The position numbers and the translations under genes were made by a program. The notes beneath the pieces were generated by a model. That model saw only the letters and a program-made list of their open reading frames with translations. It ran no database searches and was not told the DNA's origin. This document shows, one piece after another, positions 33,538 through 43,561 of a stretch of 64,000 nt of DNA. Positions within the stretch are counted from its first letter, which is position 1. Each line of letters starts with the position of its first letter. The DNA is from a virus: IMG/VR virus record IMGVR_UViG_3300006056_000038, positions 1 through 64,000 of that record. One strand, written 5' to 3'.

Positions 33538-35883
33538 TTGCAAGACAAATTACAAACAAACATGTTGAAGGAGAAAGCAAAATTGGACTTAGGGAAATAT
33601 TCCCTCATTCGTGTATCGGCGGCCGGGCCCGCCAAAAAGGAGGATGTCGTCCCGCGCGGCGTCCACCACATCTTCGTGTTGGACTGCTCGGGATCGATGA
33701 CCTACCAACTGGGGCAGATACGGACGGACCTCTACAACAAGGCGTCCACCCTGCTCAAACCGGGGGACTCCCTCACCATCGTATGGTTCTCCTCGAAGGG
33801 GGAGTTCGGCGTCGTTCTGGAGGACTTCCGCCTGAAGTCCGACGTCAGCATGTCCCAGCTTCGCACGGTCATCGAACGGGAACTACGCCCTCGCGGCCTG
33901 ACGGCCTTCAAGGACCCTCTGGTGGAGACCAAGAAGATCATCGCCCGGGTATCGGCGCGAGACGCGGACCTCGCTCATTCGCTGTTCTTCCTCACCGATG
34001 GGCATGACAACCAATATTCGGAGAAGGAGATCGTAGCGGCCATTGGCGAACTGCGTTCCTTGGTGGCATCGGCCGCCATCGTGGAGTACGGCTATTATTG
34101 CAATCGGAAGCTGCTCAGCGAGATGAGCATGGAGGTGGGCGGCGTCCACGTGTTCTCATCGGACTTCCAAGACTACGAACCCTACCTCAAAAAGCAGTTC
34201 GATCAACAGATCCGCTCCGAACGTAAGAAGGTCACCTTCGGAAAGACGCACGGCAACATCGTGTTCGCCAAGAGCGGCGATGACGTTCTCACTTACAAGG
34301 TGGATGATAACGGAGACGCCTTGATTGACGCCGATGGCGGGGACCTGTTCTATCTGGTTCCATCCGCATCGAAGGAAGTTCCGGCTTCCACGGCCGATTT
34401 CTTCGCCGGAATGACAAAAGGGAATGCTTCGAAGGAAGATACGGAAATGGCGCAAGCCGCATATGCGGCCATGTTCGCCTTCTCTCGTAAGAGCGACTAC
34501 GCCACGATCAGCGATATCCTGCGCGCGGTGGGCGACGCCTATTTCATCCGCAAGAAGGCCAACACCTTCGGAACCCAGAAGATCAACGAATTGGAATCGG
34601 AATTCCTAGCGGCCGCCAGCAACAGCGACGCCATGTTCGTGGACGGCTACGATCCTTCGCTTGAACCGCGCGAGGATGCCTACTGCGTCATGGACATGAT
34701 CGATGACCTGATGGAGCATGATGACAACCTATGGTATCCCAACCATCCGGCCTTCTCCTATCAGCGCATCGGCCGCAAGGCCGTCTTGGCGGGCAAGAAA
34801 GCCTCGAAGGACCAGAAGGACGAGCTCAAGTTGCTGATCGAGAACGGCGACACGGCCGAGGCCCTCAAGAAGTTGCAGGAGCTTGCGGAAGAGCCCGCCA
34901 CGCTCAAGTTCGAGATCACGGATAAGGACAAGGGCCAGCCCATCCATAACCTCGTGTGGAACAACTCGCGCGCCAACCTCTCGGTGCAAGTGACCTTTGA
35001 CGGGACGGTGGAACTCCCCGAAAATTCCTTCGCCAAACTGCCCAAGATCTTCCCCACTAAGAAGTTCCGGAACTTCACGATCATCAAGGACGGCATCATC
35101 AACACCTATCGTTTGCCCGTTTCCTTGAACAAGGAAACCTTCGACAAACTGCAAGCGAACGACCTGTTGACGGGCGAGACCTACGAAGCCGGTAAGGTCT
35201 ACGTGCTGGACTTCTCCGCCCTTCCCGTCATCAACCAGAAGATGGTCAAGGAAACTTCCGCGAAGGAACTCTTCGAGAACCAATTCAAGCTTTTGGGCGT
35301 GCAGGCGCGCAACACGGTGTTCAACCACCTGAAGAAGGCCTACTTCGGCAACGTGTCCATCGACTTCGCCGCCCAATACGGGGAGGACGCCGCCGCGTGG
35401 CTCAAAGAGATCGGCATCACGCCCAACGGTTTCGCGCCGAAGGTGACGCTGGAACCCTCCACGGAAGAGGCCGTGGTGAACACCTTGTCGGTGAAGGTCG
35501 ACAAGATGACCGTGCCCACGGCCAAGAAGGACTTCGACGCCATCCTGTCCAAAATGGACAAGGGCATGGGATTGACGCCTCGCGAGAAGCTGCTGGAACG
35601 CCCGATCTTGGAGTTCAAGGCCTTCGAGAAGTTGTCCGATGGTACCAGCGATGATGCCAAGAAAACGCTCATTGAGACGTGGCTCACCGCCCGTAGCAAG
35701 GAGATCCGCAAAGAGAAGTCCAAGCTCATGAACGGCATCTCCCGGACCCAGTTCGTGACGATCGTCGGGAAGAGTTGGTTTACCGATTTGGGAAGCCGCG
35801 ATGAGAAGGAAATGTTGCTGGAGATCGACGGCGAGGAACGCAAGTTCATAATCGAGGATGCGATGGAGACCATCAAGATCTGA
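33538..35883 (+). CDS. von Willebrand factor A (vWA) domain protein, 781 aa
   Basis: N-terminal MIDAS-type motif HIFVLDCSGSMTY ... TIVWFSS ... FFLTDGHDN; long C-terminal region of unknown function. Confidence 0.6.
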   Translation: MQDKLQTNMLKEKAKLDLGKYSLIRVSAAGPAKKEDVVPRGVHHIFVLDCSGSMTYQLGQIRTDLYNKASTLLKPGDSLTIVWFSSKGEFGVVLEDFRLKSDVSMSQLRTVIERELRPRGLTAFKDPLVETKKIIARVSARDADLAHSLFFLTDGHDNQYSEKEIVAAIGELRSLVASAAIVEYGYYCNRKLLSEMSMEVGGVHVFSSDFQDYEPYLKKQFDQQIRSERKKVTFGKTHGNIVFAKSGDDVLTYKVDDNGDALIDADGGDLFYLVPSASKEVPASTADFFAGMTKGNASKEDTEMAQAAYAAMFAFSRKSDYATISDILRAVGDAYFIRKKANTFGTQKINELESEFLAAASNSDAMFVDGYDPSLEPREDAYCVMDMIDDLMEHDDNLWYPNHPAFSYQRIGRKAVLAGKKASKDQKDELKLLIENGDTAEALKKLQELAEEPATLKFEITDKDKGQPIHNLVWNNSRANLSVQVTFDGTVELPENSFAKLPKIFPTKKFRNFTIIKDGIINTYRLPVSLNKETFDKLQANDLLTGETYEAGKVYVLDFSALPVINQKMVKETSAKELFENQFKLLGVQARNTVFNHLKKAYFGNVSIDFAAQYGEDAAAWLKEIGITPNGFAPKVTLEPSTEEAVVNTLSVKVDKMTVPTAKKDFDAILSKMDKGMGLTPREKLLERPILEFKAFEKLSDGTSDDAKKTLIETWLTARSKEIRKEKSKLMNGISRTQFVTIVGKSWFTDLGSRDEKEMLLEIDGEERKFIIEDAMETIKI

Positions 35884-35902
35884 AGTGATCCAAAACGAAA
35901 CA

Positions 35903-35932
35903 AGAAAGGGCGTCCGGATGGACGCCCTTTTC
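35903..35932. terminator. Intrinsic terminator after the vWA gene
   Basis: GAAAGGGCGTCC-ggat-GGACGCCCTTTTC followed by TTTGTTG. Confidence 0.7.
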
Positions 35933-35998
35933 TTTGTTGACGTGTCTTTCCGGTTGTCCAGAAAGCGCATGTCCGGATGTGTCCGGATGATGTCCGGT

Positions 35999-36151
35999 TC
36001 AGATCAAGATCTCCTTCCCGTCCTCGGTGAACGTCTTCTTGTCGTTGCGTTCAACGATGTCGTTCTTCTTCTTTACGACCTTCTTGGGGTCGATCGAATC
36101 CGGCGTGGACTGGTCCAGTTTATTCGGGTCGATGAGTTTCTCTTGGCTCAT
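35999..36151 (-). CDS. Small hypothetical protein (50 aa)
   Basis: MSQEKLIDPNKLDQ...; CGCTATTTATGG motif 14 nt upstream (36166-36175 on plus). Confidence 0.3.
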   Translation of the reverse strand: MSQEKLIDPNKLDQSTPDSIDPKKVVKKKNDIVERNDKKTFTEDGKEILI

Positions 36152-36198
36152 GGTGCTTGTGTTTTCCATAAATAGCGCGGATCTCCCAAAATGGGAAA

Positions 36199-36990
36199 TC
36201 ATGCCTTTTGTTCCTTGCGGTAACGCTTCATCAGGTCGATGAGTATCTCGCTTCTCACGATGTCATCTTCAGTGAATTCGAAGAATCCTACGCCCTTTAC
36301 GCCTTTGAAACGGTTAAATGCATCGGCCAGACCATGGATCTCATTGCTGCGAAGCATGAGGTCCGTCTGGTCGGTGTCCCCGATGATGATCATCTTGGAG
36401 GTCTCCCCTATCCTCGATACAAAAAGCTTCATTGCGATCGGCGTGGTGTTCTGGGCCTCATCCAAGATCGATACTGATCTTCTGAATGTATTTCCACGTA
36501 TGAACGACAACGGCATTGCTTCGATAACGCCTGCGGCGATAAGGTTCCTTGTGGCCTCCTTCCCGATAAGCTCTTTTATGTTATCTTCGAAAGACTTCAT
36601 ATAAGGTTGCGTCTTCTCGTCTGCATCACCCGGAAGGAATCCGATCGATTCCCCCGCCTCCACGATGGGCTTAGTGAGGGTTATTTTGTTGATGTTGTTC
36701 CCCGTGTCCTGAAGCACTTCAATTGCCGCTTTTAACGCCATTAGCGTTTTTCCTGTGCCCGCCGATCCCTTGATGAACACGATCTGGTTCTCATGGATCA
36801 GCTTCACCAGATCCTTCTGTTTTGCGTTCTTGTATTTGATTGACTTGTTGATGGTGGCCTTGCGGATCATCTCGCTCTTTTGCTCATCCTCCCGCTGTTC
36901 GGTGGTCCTGACGATCGAGTCCAACTGCTCTTCCTCGTACTGCTGCTTGGCGGAACGTTTGTCCCTGCCCTTCCCGTTATATTTCTTCAT
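36199..36990 (-). CDS. phoH: PhoH-like ATPase
   Basis: Walker A FIKGSAGTGKTLMAL and LDEAQNTTPIAMKLFVSRIGETSKMIIIGDTDQTDL, as in PhoH. Start taken at MKKYNGKG, after the CATATTTAG motif (37008-37018). Confidence 0.75.
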   Translation of the reverse strand: MKKYNGKGRDKRSAKQQYEEEQLDSIVRTTEQREDEQKSEMIRKATINKSIKYKNAKQKDLVKLIHENQIVFIKGSAGTGKTLMALKAAIEVLQDTGNNINKITLTKPIVEAGESIGFLPGDADEKTQPYMKSFEDNIKELIGKEATRNLIAAGVIEAMPLSFIRGNTFRRSVSILDEAQNTTPIAMKLFVSRIGETSKMIIIGDTDQTDLMLRSNEIHGLADAFNRFKGVKGVGFFEFTEDDIVRSEILIDLMKRYRKEQKA

Positions 36991-37007
36991 GATGGTTTCG
37001 TCCACAA

Positions 37008-37047
37008 CTAAATATGGGTGACTTCTCCGCAAAACCATCTATTTATG
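37008..37047. promoter_or_regulatory. Divergent motif pair CTAAATATGGG (for phoH) and CTATTTATGAG (for 37060+)
   Basis: Two motif copies, one per orientation, in a roughly 70-bp divergent intergenic region. Confidence 0.45.
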
Positions 37048-37059
37048 AGAAAGAAACCG

Positions 37060-37986
37060 ATGAAAGTGAGCGACGAACAGTTGGGGACGATAATCGCCAA
37101 CAAGATCAAGGAGAGCGGTCTCAACGGCGTTTTCGATCCTTCGGTATTGGAGTCCATTAAGCAAAAGGTGAAGGCCGAATACAAAAAGCTTCGCGCCATT
37201 CCGCTCCCCGAGGGGGAATATCGCCCATCGGGCGACACCTTCCCTTACGGGGAGGATCCCGTAGAAACGGCCGCTCCTTCGGTTCCGCTCGACGTCGCTC
37301 CGGCCATGGAAGCCGGGTCCGAACCAACCGATCAACCCTATGCTCCCACGGTGTACACACCTGATCTCCCCGAGGTACTTCGTAATGTGGAACCCGCCAA
37401 GTTGGTGGTGTTGGAACTCAATGACATCATCGAGAACGGGGAGAACCTCGCAAACAAACCACTGCGCACCATGGACAATCTCGATTGCACCAAGAGCATG
37501 CAGATGCTCTGGAGCTCCGACGGGGTCACCAAGGCGGAGGTATTCCAGATCAAGTTCGAACGCATCGGCGAGATGACCTTCGACTATGCCAGCGGAACGG
37601 CGATGTTCACGGAAACGCCCGCTCCCATGGAGGTCGGTACCGCTGAGCCTTTTCGCGACAATCCATATAAGGAAGCGCCCGTCGTGGATGGCATCGCTGC
37701 TTCGCCCAGCGCGCAGGACATCGAAACCTACGTGAAGACATCCGTCAATGTGGAGGACATCATCAAGAAGGTCGCCATCGATCTTATGGCCAAGGCCTAT
37801 GAGGAAAAAGCCGGAATTGATGCCAAGGAGCACATGGGGCTGGGTCCCGCTTTGGTGCCTACGGAGATATACGAATCGTATCAACTCGGAAATGCCGTTC
37901 CCGGAGTTGAATTCCTCGGTTCCCAGAATGGGTCGAGCATCTATGCATTCAAAGGCAGGACGTACATCATGGGCAAAACGGCTTGA
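37060..37986 (+). CDS. Hypothetical protein
   Basis: 309 aa from MKVSDEQLGTIIANKIKE; Pro/Glu-rich middle. Confidence 0.45.
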   Translation: MKVSDEQLGTIIANKIKESGLNGVFDPSVLESIKQKVKAEYKKLRAIPLPEGEYRPSGDTFPYGEDPVETAAPSVPLDVAPAMEAGSEPTDQPYAPTVYTPDLPEVLRNVEPAKLVVLELNDIIENGENLANKPLRTMDNLDCTKSMQMLWSSDGVTKAEVFQIKFERIGEMTFDYASGTAMFTETPAPMEVGTAEPFRDNPYKEAPVVDGIAASPSAQDIETYVKTSVNVEDIIKKVAIDLMAKAYEEKAGIDAKEHMGLGPALVPTEIYESYQLGNAVPGVEFLGSQNGSSIYAFKGRTYIMGKTA

Positions 37987-38027
37987 ATTATCCAATCAAC
38001 AAACACTAAAATTGAACATGAGCAATT

Positions 38028-38305
38028 ACTGGAAGATCTCCAATACACAATCGGTGCCCACCAAGGTGGCCATCGCCACGGCGAGCAACGGGTCCATCGG
38101 GCTTATCCTTCAGCCGAACCAATTCTGCCTCTCTCTTGACCAGATGACCAAGATGGTCGATGCGCAGGAGAAGCGCGGCTTCATCGCCGTCGACCGTGCA
38201 TACGCCAACGAGTACAACTTGGAGACAGGATTGGTGTTCGACGAGGGATATGTTCCCGAAGGTCACGCCAAGACGAAAGTGAACGAGTATAAGGCGGCGA
38301 ACTGA
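38028..38305 (+). CDS. Hypothetical small protein
   Basis: 92 aa from MSNYWKISNTQ; followed by a terminator. Confidence 0.35.
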
Positions 38306-38326
38306 GAAAACTCTCTTCATGACAAC

Positions 38327-38360
38327 GTCGGGCCTTTCGGGGCCCGATTTGTTTTTGTTG
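38327..38360 (+). terminator. Intrinsic terminator
   Basis: TCGGGCC-tttcgg-GGCCCGA followed by TTTGTTTTTGTTGTTG. Confidence 0.65.
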
Positions 38361-38371
38361 TTGCCGGAACT

Positions 38372-39679
38372 ATGTTGTTCCATATGAGCAACAAAATAAA
38401 GATATTGGTGTGCCCCTCGGATCGACAAGGTGTAGGATTCTGGAGATCCATATGGCCAACTCAACATTTGAAGCGTACGCACTCTGATGAGGTCGACATT
38501 CATTTGGATCTCAGCCCAAACACGGCAGACATCGATTATCTCTCCAAGTTCGACATCATCCATTTCCACCGAGCGCTCGGACCATACGATGGTTCTGAAG
38601 TATTGTTCTCAGAGCTGAGAAGACGTGGCGTGAAATTGGTGATGGACATCGATGACTATTGGATGCCGCCGCCAACACACCATCTGTATGCCATCATCAT
38701 CGCCGACAAGATGGATAAACAGATCGAGAACAATCTACGTCTCGTGGATTGTGTCACCACGACGACCGACATCTTTGCCGAGGAGATCCGGAAGTTCAAC
38801 CCCAATGTCGTGGTTCTGCCCAACGCCATCAATCGGGAAGAGTCAATGTGGGCATCCCAAACGGTTCCAGACCCATTGGGAAGAGTAAGGGTTGGATGGG
38901 CAGGAGGAAGTTCGCACAGTCATGACCTTATCAAACTCAAGGATTCCATGGCTCTTCTTTCGAATGATAACGGAATCCATGACAAGTTCCAATTCGTGAT
39001 GTCTGGTTTTGATGTTCGAGGGTCCATCACCGAGATCAATGGGAGCGAACGTAGAGTGCGACCCATCCATAAGCATGAGACCATCTGGCTTGAATTCGAG
39101 AAGATCTTCACCAATGACTACGCGTTGATCGATGATCCGGAGTACAAGAAATGGCTCCTGAAGATCGAGAACAAGGATTATCCGAACATGTACGAGAAGA
39201 ACTACGTGCGACGCTGGACGCTTCCCCTATCCCAATACGCCAAGCACTACGACTACTGCGACATCTGCTTGGCCCCGCTCGCGGAGACCTATGAGCATCG
39301 CGGACCTACGAATCCAAAGACCGGAGCTCCGGGGCCCATGTCCTATCGGGAACACACCTTCAATAAGGTAAAGAGCGAGATAAAGATCGTAGAGGCCGGA
39401 ATGAAGAAAAAGACCCTCATTGCGCAGGATTTCGGCATCTACAGCGAGCTGATAGAGGACGGAGTGAACGGTATCCTCGTCAACAAGTCCGATGACAAGA
39501 AAGGTTGGTACAAGGCCATCAAGCGCCTGATCAACGACCCGGAGCTGCGCCAGAGCATGGCCGAAAACCTACATGAGATGGTCAAGGACCGCTATGACAT
39601 CAATACGGTCAACGTCGCTCGCCTTGACTTCTACCGCTCGCTCGTAGGCGCCCACAAGGAAGCCGTCGCGCACGAATGA
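38372..39679 (+). CDS. Glycosyltransferase, GT-B fold (GT4/group-1-like)
   Basis: C-terminal E-x7-E-type motif KSEIKIVEAGMKKKTLIAQDFGIYSELIEDGVNGILV; 435 aa; first gene of the glycan cluster. Confidence 0.6.
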   Translation: MLFHMSNKIKILVCPSDRQGVGFWRSIWPTQHLKRTHSDEVDIHLDLSPNTADIDYLSKFDIIHFHRALGPYDGSEVLFSELRRRGVKLVMDIDDYWMPPPTHHLYAIIIADKMDKQIENNLRLVDCVTTTTDIFAEEIRKFNPNVVVLPNAINREESMWASQTVPDPLGRVRVGWAGGSSHSHDLIKLKDSMALLSNDNGIHDKFQFVMSGFDVRGSITEINGSERRVRPIHKHETIWLEFEKIFTNDYALIDDPEYKKWLLKIENKDYPNMYEKNYVRRWTLPLSQYAKHYDYCDICLAPLAETYEHRGPTNPKTGAPGPMSYREHTFNKVKSEIKIVEAGMKKKTLIAQDFGIYSELIEDGVNGILVNKSDDKKGWYKAIKRLINDPELRQSMAENLHEMVKDRYDINTVNVARLDFYRSLVGAHKEAVAHE

Positions 39680-39692
39680 ACATCCCCAAAAC

Positions 39693-39724
39693 AAAGAAGG
39701 GCGCTCAATTGAGCGCCCTTCTTT
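39693..39724. terminator. Bidirectional intrinsic terminator
   Basis: AAAGAAGGGCGCTC-aatt-GAGCGCCCTTCTTT with T-runs on both sides. Confidence 0.7.
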
Positions 39725-39742
39725 GTTTTGGGATTGCGGAAC

Positions 39743-40444
39743 TTAGATCCCGGACAACCGGGCCATTCTGCTGAGCTCCTTGGACAGGAGCGGGTTTGCT
39801 TTCTTGCCGAGACGATCCACACCTTCGTTCACCAAGGCGGTGCCACGAACGCTATGTTGTTCTCCTGCCTCATCGACAGCGACCTCATCGATCTCGATCT
39901 CGTCTTCTTCCTTTTCTTCTTCCGGAGCATCTTCGGTGGCTGCGTCTTCAGCAGGAGCCTCTTCGGTCTCCGCGTCATCACCCAGTTCGATAGCAGGCTC
40001 GTCCGTCACGTCATCGGTAACTTCCATGTCGTCCATTCCGGCGCCCACGGCTCCGTCCAGCTTCATGTCCAGTTCACGTCCAATGGCGGCCATCTTGGCT
40101 TCGAAGGTCTCAGGAGCCATTTCGGCATCCAAACCACCTTCCAAGTCAGCGTCCATGTCGCCATCCAGCTCAACGGTGTCATCCGATGGGAATTCGTCGG
40201 TCATCGGGTCCTCTTCCTTCAGGTGGGTTCCCTTCTTTTCGAACTTGGCGACCGGGGTACCTTTCTCGTACCACTCCTCGCCGGAGGCTGTTCCGCCCAC
40301 TTCGACTTCGTCGAGTTTGGCCAGTTCCTCGTTCACAGCGGCCAAGCGCGCCTTGATCTGGTCGATCTTGCGGATCTTGGCGATCTCTTCATTGATCATC
40401 CTGTCGATATCCGCGACCTTGATCTTGTTGGTTTTGTTCGTCAT
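39743..40444 (-). CDS. Highly acidic protein (possible prohead core/internal protein)
   Basis: 233 aa, more than 35% Asp/Glu (DDAETEEAPAEDAATEDAPEEEKEEDEIEIDE); N-terminal coiled-coil with EELAKLDEV, similar to TELAALNEV in the next gene. Confidence 0.45.
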   Translation of the reverse strand: MTNKTNKIKVADIDRMINEEIAKIRKIDQIKARLAAVNEELAKLDEVEVGGTASGEEWYEKGTPVAKFEKKGTHLKEEDPMTDEFPSDDTVELDGDMDADLEGGLDAEMAPETFEAKMAAIGRELDMKLDGAVGAGMDDMEVTDDVTDEPAIELGDDAETEEAPAEDAATEDAPEEEKEEDEIEIDEVAVDEAGEQHSVRGTALVNEGVDRLGKKANPLLSKELSRMARLSGI

Positions 40445-40454
40445 GGGTGTTGGT

Positions 40455-40811
40455 TTAGATGGTAGGGTTCAATTGGGTCTTCAACTTTTCCAGCTCAAGA
40501 CGAAGGGTTTCGTTCTCCTCCTTCAAGGCTTTCGCTTCGTCCAATGCGTCCACGACGGGCTCCTCCTTGAGGTCGTCCATGAGGCGTTTCACGTTCGAGA
40601 GGGCTTGTGGTTCCACAAAACCTGTCTTGGTGATGTTGCTGACGTCGTTCGGGGTTGCGAATCCGAATGAACCGACCATGCCTACCTCGTTCAGGGCGGC
40701 CAGTTCGGTATCGAATTTCTTCAGTTCCTCGAAGATCTCTCGTTTGCGCTTGATCGCCTTCGCTTCAGCGATGATGGCTTCCTGCACAAGGCTTGGGCTG
40801 ATTTTCTTCAT
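40455..40811 (-). CDS. Small coiled-coil protein
   Basis: 118 aa; TTATTTATGG motif (40849-40858 on plus) upstream. Confidence 0.45.
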   Translation of the reverse strand: MKKISPSLVQEAIIAEAKAIKRKREIFEELKKFDTELAALNEVGMVGSFGFATPNDVSNITKTGFVEPQALSNVKRLMDDLKEEPVVDALDEAKALKEENETLRLELEKLKTQLNPTI

Positions 40812-40945
40812 GATGGGTTACTTTCTTGGGTGCGCTCTTTACGCACATCCATAAATAACAGGAAAAACCAGAAATGCCTTTTTGATCCTATCGGGAAGAA
40901 AAAATATCTTCCGTCGTTGGATGTGATTTCTCTTGGTTTAGCTTT

Positions 40946-41308
40946 GTGCGAGCATATTTATTGTTCTACGCACCCTTCATGGACAACATCTTCACCGGCA
41001 CGTTGGACAACTTCAAGGAGCTGGTAGGTACGCAGGACAAGGTCATTATAGTGGATTTCTATGCCGAATGGTGCGGACCGTGCCGTGGACTGAGCGTCGC
41101 GATAGATGCGGTGGCCGAGAAATACGGGGAGATCATGGTGATCAAGGTGGACGTCGATAAGAACGGGGAGCTCGGCCGGTCCGCTCCTTACAACGTAAAG
41201 GGTATTCCCCAGATGTTCTTCATCAAGAACGGGGAGGTCATGGAAAAGACCGTGGGCCTGCAATCCATCGAGCGGATCAGCTCATTGATCGATCCGTTGC
41301 TGAACTGA
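40946..41308 (+). CDS. trx: Thioredoxin (probable start at MDNIFTG, about 40979)
   Basis: DFYAEWCGPCRGLS with the WCGPC active site, and the overall thioredoxin-fold order. Confidence 0.75.
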   Translation: MRAYLLFYAPFMDNIFTGTLDNFKELVGTQDKVIIVDFYAEWCGPCRGLSVAIDAVAEKYGEIMVIKVDVDKNGELGRSAPYNVKGIPQMFFIKNGEVMEKTVGLQSIERISSLIDPLLN

Positions 41309-41357
41309 TTGGATTCTATTTCTTCTTTTTCCTATCTTTGCGTCCTGACGGACCCGA

Positions 41358-42836
41358 ATGATAAGGCATATCCTTTTCTCTTCCAACGAAGCGTTCAAGC
41401 TCAATGAATTCGTTCTACGCGCCGAACGTTATATGCCCGCACCATTCGACCTGATCATCGATTGCAAGGGCAATGATGTATCGGAGGCGGCGTACGACAA
41501 GGTCATTTCGGAGTTGTACCTCGAAGATCGTTTCGGTTCCATCCAGAAAATGGACGGTGGATCGATAGCTGACGCGGTGAACGACGTCATGGAGGGATAC
41601 GACCCGGAAGACATCGTATGTCTCATCACAACCGATGAGATGCTTGTGGATGTCGTGGATGAAAACGCCATCGAGGAGGCGTTCAAGGAGAAGATGCTTA
41701 TGGCGTTCTCCCTACGGTTGGGAAAGAACATCACCAAGAACAGCATGGTCGGAATGGCCAATTTGGTGGTTCCTGTCCGGGAAGACGACACCATCATGGT
41801 GTGGGATTGGGACAAGCACTACGTGGACTTCTCCGGACCGTTGTCGGTCCATGGTCATTACTTCCGGGTCAAGGAGATCGCTCGAATGATCAAAAGGGCG
41901 GGCGGAAGTTCCTACGACGAACTGGAGGAGAACCTTCAGGTGTTCATGAACTTCCCCAAGAAACTCATGGCGTCCTTTGTCCAGAACAAGGCCTATTCGA
42001 TCGATCCACTCCTGCATGGGACCCATCGTGAAGATGTGAGCCGAGCGGCCGAGAAGCGCCTTCTGGACAACAATCCCGTTGCCATCGAGGTATCGGGCGA
42101 ACACAACGAAATCCATTTCAATCCATTCTTGGAGCTCATGTCGGAACTATATGCATGGCAACGAAGTCCCATTTTGTTCAAATTCCCCGCTCGTGGTCGT
42201 CGAGATAAGCTTTTGACGACCCTCAAGGCTTACCATGAACATCTGATCAACAAAGAGGATTTTCAATTCCTCATCAGCATCGATGAGGACGACTTGGAAC
42301 TCAACAACGACGAGACAAGGGCGGCGCTGGAGGCCAACAAGAACACAAAGGTCGTGGTGGGACCATCCATCGGAAAGATCGGAGCGGTGAACCGCGATAT
42401 GGACCAAGCTGCACCGTGGGATATCGTGGTGCTCCTGAGCGACGACATGATCCCGAAGATCAAAGGCTTCGACATGCTCATCCGCAAGGACATGCACAAG
42501 GCGTTCCCGGACGGTGACGGTGTATTGTGGTACAACGACGGGCATCAGGGAGACAAACTCAATACGTTGTGCATCCTCGGGAAGAAGTACTACGACCGCT
42601 TCGGCTGGATCTACTATCCCGGATATAAGAGCCTCTTTTCGGATAATGAATTCATGGAGACCTCCCAGCGTCTGGGGCGGGTGAAGTACAACTCGCTCTG
42701 CATCATCGAGCATCAACATTGGGTCTGGGGATACGGCGCCATGGACGACCTGTATATCGAGAACGAGAAGTACTTCAAAGAGGATAGCGAGCTGTTCCAA
42801 AAGCGCATGGCGGAAAACTTTGGACTTACAGCATGA
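41358..42836 (+). CDS. Two-domain putative glycosyltransferase (GT-A-like)
   Basis: 492 aa; the C-terminal half has D-rich motifs (ISIDEDDLE, LLSDDMIP) and a GT-A-like beta/alpha pattern. Assignment by pattern only. Confidence 0.4.
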   Translation: MIRHILFSSNEAFKLNEFVLRAERYMPAPFDLIIDCKGNDVSEAAYDKVISELYLEDRFGSIQKMDGGSIADAVNDVMEGYDPEDIVCLITTDEMLVDVVDENAIEEAFKEKMLMAFSLRLGKNITKNSMVGMANLVVPVREDDTIMVWDWDKHYVDFSGPLSVHGHYFRVKEIARMIKRAGGSSYDELEENLQVFMNFPKKLMASFVQNKAYSIDPLLHGTHREDVSRAAEKRLLDNNPVAIEVSGEHNEIHFNPFLELMSELYAWQRSPILFKFPARGRRDKLLTTLKAYHEHLINKEDFQFLISIDEDDLELNNDETRAALEANKNTKVVVGPSIGKIGAVNRDMDQAAPWDIVVLLSDDMIPKIKGFDMLIRKDMHKAFPDGDGVLWYNDGHQGDKLNTLCILGKKYYDRFGWIYYPGYKSLFSDNEFMETSQRLGRVKYNSLCIIEHQHWVWGYGAMDDLYIENEKYFKEDSELFQKRMAENFGLTA

Positions 42837-43561
42837 ACATGTGGCCGCCATTTTTTGTCGACCCCTATCAAGATGATATGACTCCGGATACGCCGCAGAA
42901 CAATATTCGAAATACAGTGAAAATGGAAAAGCTTGATGTATCAAAGGTCTTCGTGACCCATTGGGATGCGCTCACCGAAAGAAGAGCGTTCATGGAGGGC
43001 CAACTCCAAAAGAGCGGCATAAAGGACGTGGAATGGGTGACCTCCTTCCCGGTCCCGGAACTGGACAATGAGGAGTTGATCGCGAAGTACCCTGTTGTCT
43101 TCGCCCGAGGAAAGATGGACGCCCGCCTGAGTCCTCCTGTGACCTCTCTTCTTCTCAAGCATTGTTATGTCATCGAGGAGATGGTAAAGCACCAATATGA
43201 GTCCGCGCTCATCTTGGAGGACGACGCCATCCTCGCCAGCAACTTCGCCTCCAAGTTCAACCTCTATAAAAGCCAGCTTCCGGAGGAGTGGGACCTTTTG
43301 TGGGTGGGCACCTGTTGCAATATACATGCGCCCTATCAGCGAGGTAGCAACATCTATGAAGGAGATAGGTCGAGGTGTACCCATTGCTTTTTGATAAGCC
43401 TCAAGTGCGCCCAGAAAATACATGATGACATGTATTCCATCGATATGCCAATCGATTGGTATTATAATGCAATGATCAAGAGGCATTCTCTTCGGAACTA
43501 TTGGGCCGAGCCTCCATTGTCGATGCAGAGCAAGTCATTCAAAACCACCCTGCAACTATGA
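42833..43561 (+). CDS. Glycosyltransferase family 25-like (LPS glycosyltransferase type)
   Basis: THWDALTERRAFMEGQLQKSGIKDVEWV and the overall length fit the GT25 signature (..RR..M..QL...GI....F.A.DG). Confidence 0.45.
   Translation: MNMWPPFFVDPYQDDMTPDTPQNNIRNTVKMEKLDVSKVFVTHWDALTERRAFMEGQLQKSGIKDVEWVTSFPVPELDNEELIAKYPVVFARGKMDARLSPPVTSLLLKHCYVIEEMVKHQYESALILEDDAILASNFASKFNLYKSQLPEEWDLLWVGTCCNIHAPYQRGSNIYEGDRSRCTHCFLISLKCAQKIHDDMYSIDMPIDWYYNAMIKRHSLRNYWAEPPLSMQSKSFKTTLQL

Noticed and set aside
39743-40811. Assigning the two acidic/coiled-coil proteins as T4 gp67/gp68 prohead core proteins
   Set aside because: Only composition (very acidic) and the shared EEL(A)KL(D/N)EV motif support it. 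They are not adjacent to the protease/scaffold/capsid block and no sequence match to gp67/gp68 could be recalled. Left as hypothetical.
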